Source: Escherichia phage vB_EcoM-172859UKE1. From it: a DNA stretch of 64,000 nt. Under the pieces are notes generated by a model. It was not told the DNA's origin. It did no database searches and saw only the letters and a list, made by a program, of their open reading frames with translations. This document shows, one piece after another, positions 61,570 through 64,000 of the stretch. The position numbers and the translations under genes are program-made. Numbering within the stretch: position 1 is the first letter of the stretch; each line of letters starts with the position of its first letter. The stretch lies in the sequence record MZ234025.1; one strand, written 5' to 3'.

Positions 61570-62100
61570 ATGAAAACTGTAATTGAAACAACTGAATTGT
61601 TTGGTGATTTATGTATTGAAAAACGCGGTTATGCTTACGTTCTGACGCAAGAAGATGATGCTGTTACTATTCTTCCTATGGAACTGGACAAGATTTTGAA
61701 ACTCAATCCACCAGGCCATGCATCTGTAATTAACATTGACGAAGACCTTCAAGTTCGTTTTTATCATGGACTTTATAGTGGGGTTAATATCGAAACTGAA
61801 GACGAATGTTTTTCTATTAATAATTGGAAAACATTCGTCACTAAGGTGAAAGAATTCGTGGAATCTGAAACAGCCAAAAAGGCCAAACTTCAATGGGCTA
61901 AATGCCGTAATGCTTTTATTACAAATCAGGACAACCCTGACTATACAACAGTCCTGAGCGTTAATCCTTCTTATGAAGATGGAGACGTCGTAGTTATTCG
62001 CCAAATTGATGACCTTCGTCAACATATCATTACATTAGACAAAGATGAAGCAGTTGCTCTTAAAGCTTATCTCGATTCTATTATCCCGACTTTGAAATAA
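61570..62100 (+). CDS. Hypothetical protein (176 aa)
   Basis: ATG 61570 directly after the upstream stop. Confidence 0.55.
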   Translation: MKTVIETTELFGDLCIEKRGYAYVLTQEDDAVTILPMELDKILKLNPPGHASVINIDEDLQVRFYHGLYSGVNIETEDECFSINNWKTFVTKVKEFVESETAKKAKLQWAKCRNAFITNQDNPDYTTVLSVNPSYEDGDVVVIRQIDDLRQHIITLDKDEAVALKAYLDSIIPTLK

Positions 62101-62109
62101 GGAATTATT

Positions 62110-62583
62110 ATGATTATCAATGAAAACTCTTGGCACTTTAAAATTTATGCCACGTTCAATAGTACGTGGAATCGTCCGAAAACATTATGTGCTTATTTTT
62201 GGAAAACGTTTATTCCGGTATTGGCTGTTTCAATTGTTGGATTTGCAACTTTAGCAGGTGCCGCAATCATTGGCCAAGAAATTTTAATTAAATTCTTTGT
62301 CTTTAGTAGTTTATGGACATTAGTTCCTGCTTCAATTGGTATAGGCATTTTAACAATATCAGTAATGGTTCTTATTGCTGTCGGGGCGGTAATTGGTCCG
62401 TCTTGGTTGTTAGACAAATATAACGACAGAAAATATTATAAAGAAATTGAGCTCATTGCACAAAACCAAGAACGAATTAAAAATGGACTTGAGCCTATTG
62501 AACGTAAGAAATCATTAATAGGTGAATACCTTAAAGCTCGTAAAGAAAAAGTCTGTCCTACTCTTGAATATAAGGCTAAATGA
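62110..62583 (+). CDS. Membrane protein (157 aa, several TM helices)
   Basis: Hydrophobic segments FIPVLAVSIVGFATLAGAAIIG and GIGILTISVMVLIAVGAVIG. Confidence 0.55.
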   Translation: MIINENSWHFKIYATFNSTWNRPKTLCAYFWKTFIPVLAVSIVGFATLAGAAIIGQEILIKFFVFSSLWTLVPASIGIGILTISVMVLIAVGAVIGPSWLLDKYNDRKYYKEIELIAQNQERIKNGLEPIERKKSLIGEYLKARKEKVCPTLEYKAK

Positions 62584-63569
62584 TGAAAACAATTATGAAA
62601 GGCTACTTTGGTAGCCACCTTTATGGAACGTCTACTCCTGAATCTGACGTCGATTTTAAAGAAATTTATGTCCCTCATGCTCGTGATATCTTGACCGGTA
62701 ACGTTAAAGAACACATGAGCAAGAACACTAACAACACTGCTTCTAAGAACACAAAAGACGACGTGGACCATGAGTTGTATAGTCTCAAATATTTCTTTAA
62801 ACTAGCTGCAGATGGTGAAACCGTCGCATTAGATATGCTTCACACTCCACAAAGTCTAGTAGTTAAATCTGATTTGCCTGATGTATGGAAGTATATTCAA
62901 GATAACAGGTCTCGTTTCTATACCACTAACATGAAATCTTATTTAGGGTATGTCCGTAAGCAAGCTTCTAAATATGGTGTCAAGGGTTCTCGACTGGCTG
63001 TTCTTCGTCAAGCCCTTAAACGTTCTAATGAATGGGGACAATACTTTGATAATGGTGCGGTAATTCGTTTATCACATATGAAGAATGTTCTGCCTGTAGG
63101 TGAATTTGCTTCATGGGTTGAAACCGAAAACGAGAAAACAGGTAAGCAAACATTCTATAATCTATTAGACCGTAAATTCCAAGACACGTTAACCAATAAA
63201 GAGTTCAATGCCATCCTGGTTAAACTGGAAGAGAACTATGGTGAACGTGCTCGTAAGGCGGAAGCCAACGAAGGTATTGACTGGAAAGCATTGAGTCATG
63301 CATGTCGTGGTGGACTTCAATTATTGGAAATTTACAAAACCGGTGACCTGGTTTACCCGCTTCAGGATGCTCCATTTATTCTTGATGTTAAGCTTGGTAA
63401 ACATACGTTTAAAACTGTACAAGAATTCCTAGAAGATATCGTTGACCAAGTTGAACAAGCATCAGAACAAGCCGCTAAGAACGGTATGCAACAAAAAGTA
63501 GATATGAGTTTCTGGGATGATTTCCTTGAGCAAGTCTATCTCGAAAATCATAATTCTTACTATAAATAA
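62580..63569 (+). CDS. Putative nucleotidyltransferase (pol-beta-like fold), 329 aa
   Basis: Canonical minimal NTase motif GS-x9-DxD near the N-terminus: YFGSHLYGTSTPESDVDF. Confidence 0.6.
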   Translation: MMKTIMKGYFGSHLYGTSTPESDVDFKEIYVPHARDILTGNVKEHMSKNTNNTASKNTKDDVDHELYSLKYFFKLAADGETVALDMLHTPQSLVVKSDLPDVWKYIQDNRSRFYTTNMKSYLGYVRKQASKYGVKGSRLAVLRQALKRSNEWGQYFDNGAVIRLSHMKNVLPVGEFASWVETENEKTGKQTFYNLLDRKFQDTLTNKEFNAILVKLEENYGERARKAEANEGIDWKALSHACRGGLQLLEIYKTGDLVYPLQDAPFILDVKLGKHTFKTVQEFLEDIVDQVEQASEQAAKNGMQQKVDMSFWDDFLEQVYLENHNSYYK

Positions 63570-63600
63570 ATAGATAAATAACCATTCACTTGAGGTAAAT

Positions 63601-63882
63601 ATGAAAAAATTAGTAATTGGTTTATTCGCAGTAATGATGGCGTTCTCTGTTGGTGCTACCACGGGTGCAGCCAGCGGTAGTGCAGGAGCTGGTGGTAACC
63701 AGTCTTCTGGGCCTTCCAACGGTTCGGTAAATGCATCACATTCTCAGGGTATTGAGAATATCAAATCAAGCTATATTAATAGCACTGCCGGACAAGCAAC
63801 TGAAGCATGGTCAAAGGGTCGAGTAGTTACTCGCTCCGTATTCTGTGATATGCCTAATTATGTTGCTAAGTGCGATAAGTAA
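63601..63882 (+). CDS. Putative secreted Gly/Ser-rich protein (93 aa)
   Basis: Signal-peptide-like MKKLVIGLFAVMMAFSVGA, low-complexity G/S/N region, two C-terminal Cys. Confidence 0.5.
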   Translation: MKKLVIGLFAVMMAFSVGATTGAASGSAGAGGNQSSGPSNGSVNASHSQGIENIKSSYINSTAGQATEAWSKGRVVTRSVFCDMPNYVAKCDK

Positions 63883-63887
63883 ATGTG

Positions 63888-63906
63888 GGGACCTTCGGGT
63901 CCCTTT
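63888..63906 (+). terminator. Rho-independent terminator
   Basis: GGGACC-ttcg-GGTCCC hairpin followed by a T-rich run. Confidence 0.6.
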
Positions 63907-63933
63907 AGGGGGTTAAAATATTTTTAAAAAGTA

Positions 63934-63962
63934 GTGTACATGCTTTTAGGATATGTTATTAT
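63934..63962 (+). promoter_or_regulatory. Early promoter at window end
   Basis: GTGTAC -35, TGtTATTAT -10, followed by the conserved AAATGAGTAAAT.GGAGAA RBS cassette; gene lies beyond the window. Confidence 0.45.
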
Positions 63963-64000
63963 AGACCTATCGAAACGAAATGAGTAAATTGGAGAATAAA

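Overview
This window reads as a T4-like (T-even, Straboviridae) myovirus genome segment, shown in reverse orientation relative to the conventional T4 map. All identifications rest on reading the ORF translations and on recalled T4 protein sequences and gene order; no database search was run. Small-feature coordinates are hand-counted and may be off by 1-2 nt. Layout: (i) 1-8.1 kb holds a partial gene 51 (-), then 26, 25, uvsY, uvsY.-1, uvsY.-2 (+), uvsW.1 and uvsW (-), and inh, hoc, two small ORFs and rnlB (+). (ii) 8.1-38.4 kb is the contiguous late structural module on the minus strand: 24, 23, 22, 21, 68, 67, 20, 19, 18, 17, 16, 15, 14, 13, wac, 12, 11, 10, 9, 8, 7, 6, 5.4, 5.1, 5, 53, with TATAAATA late promoters and hairpin terminators. 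(iii) 38.4-64 kb is a plus-strand early/accessory region: 4, 2, 3, 1, 57A, 57B, ipI, two tRNAs (Met-CAT, Arg-TCT), nudE, e (lysozyme), denV, regB, tk and rI, interspersed with about 45 small ORFs of unknown function. The accessory region is punctuated by a repeated promoter/stem-loop/RBS cassette (GTTTAC -35, extended -10, palindrome, SD) and near-identical terminator hairpins. The most interesting content is there: an expanded family of capsid-targeting-sequence (MKTYQEFI.E) internal-protein genes, a macro-domain protein, two nucleotidyltransferase-motif proteins, a host-like GrcA gene, tandem paralog families, a hoc gene with an extra Ig domain and a 1-nt frameshift, and an opposite-strand ORF inserted between genes 23 and 24 that carries a duplicated promoter cassette.
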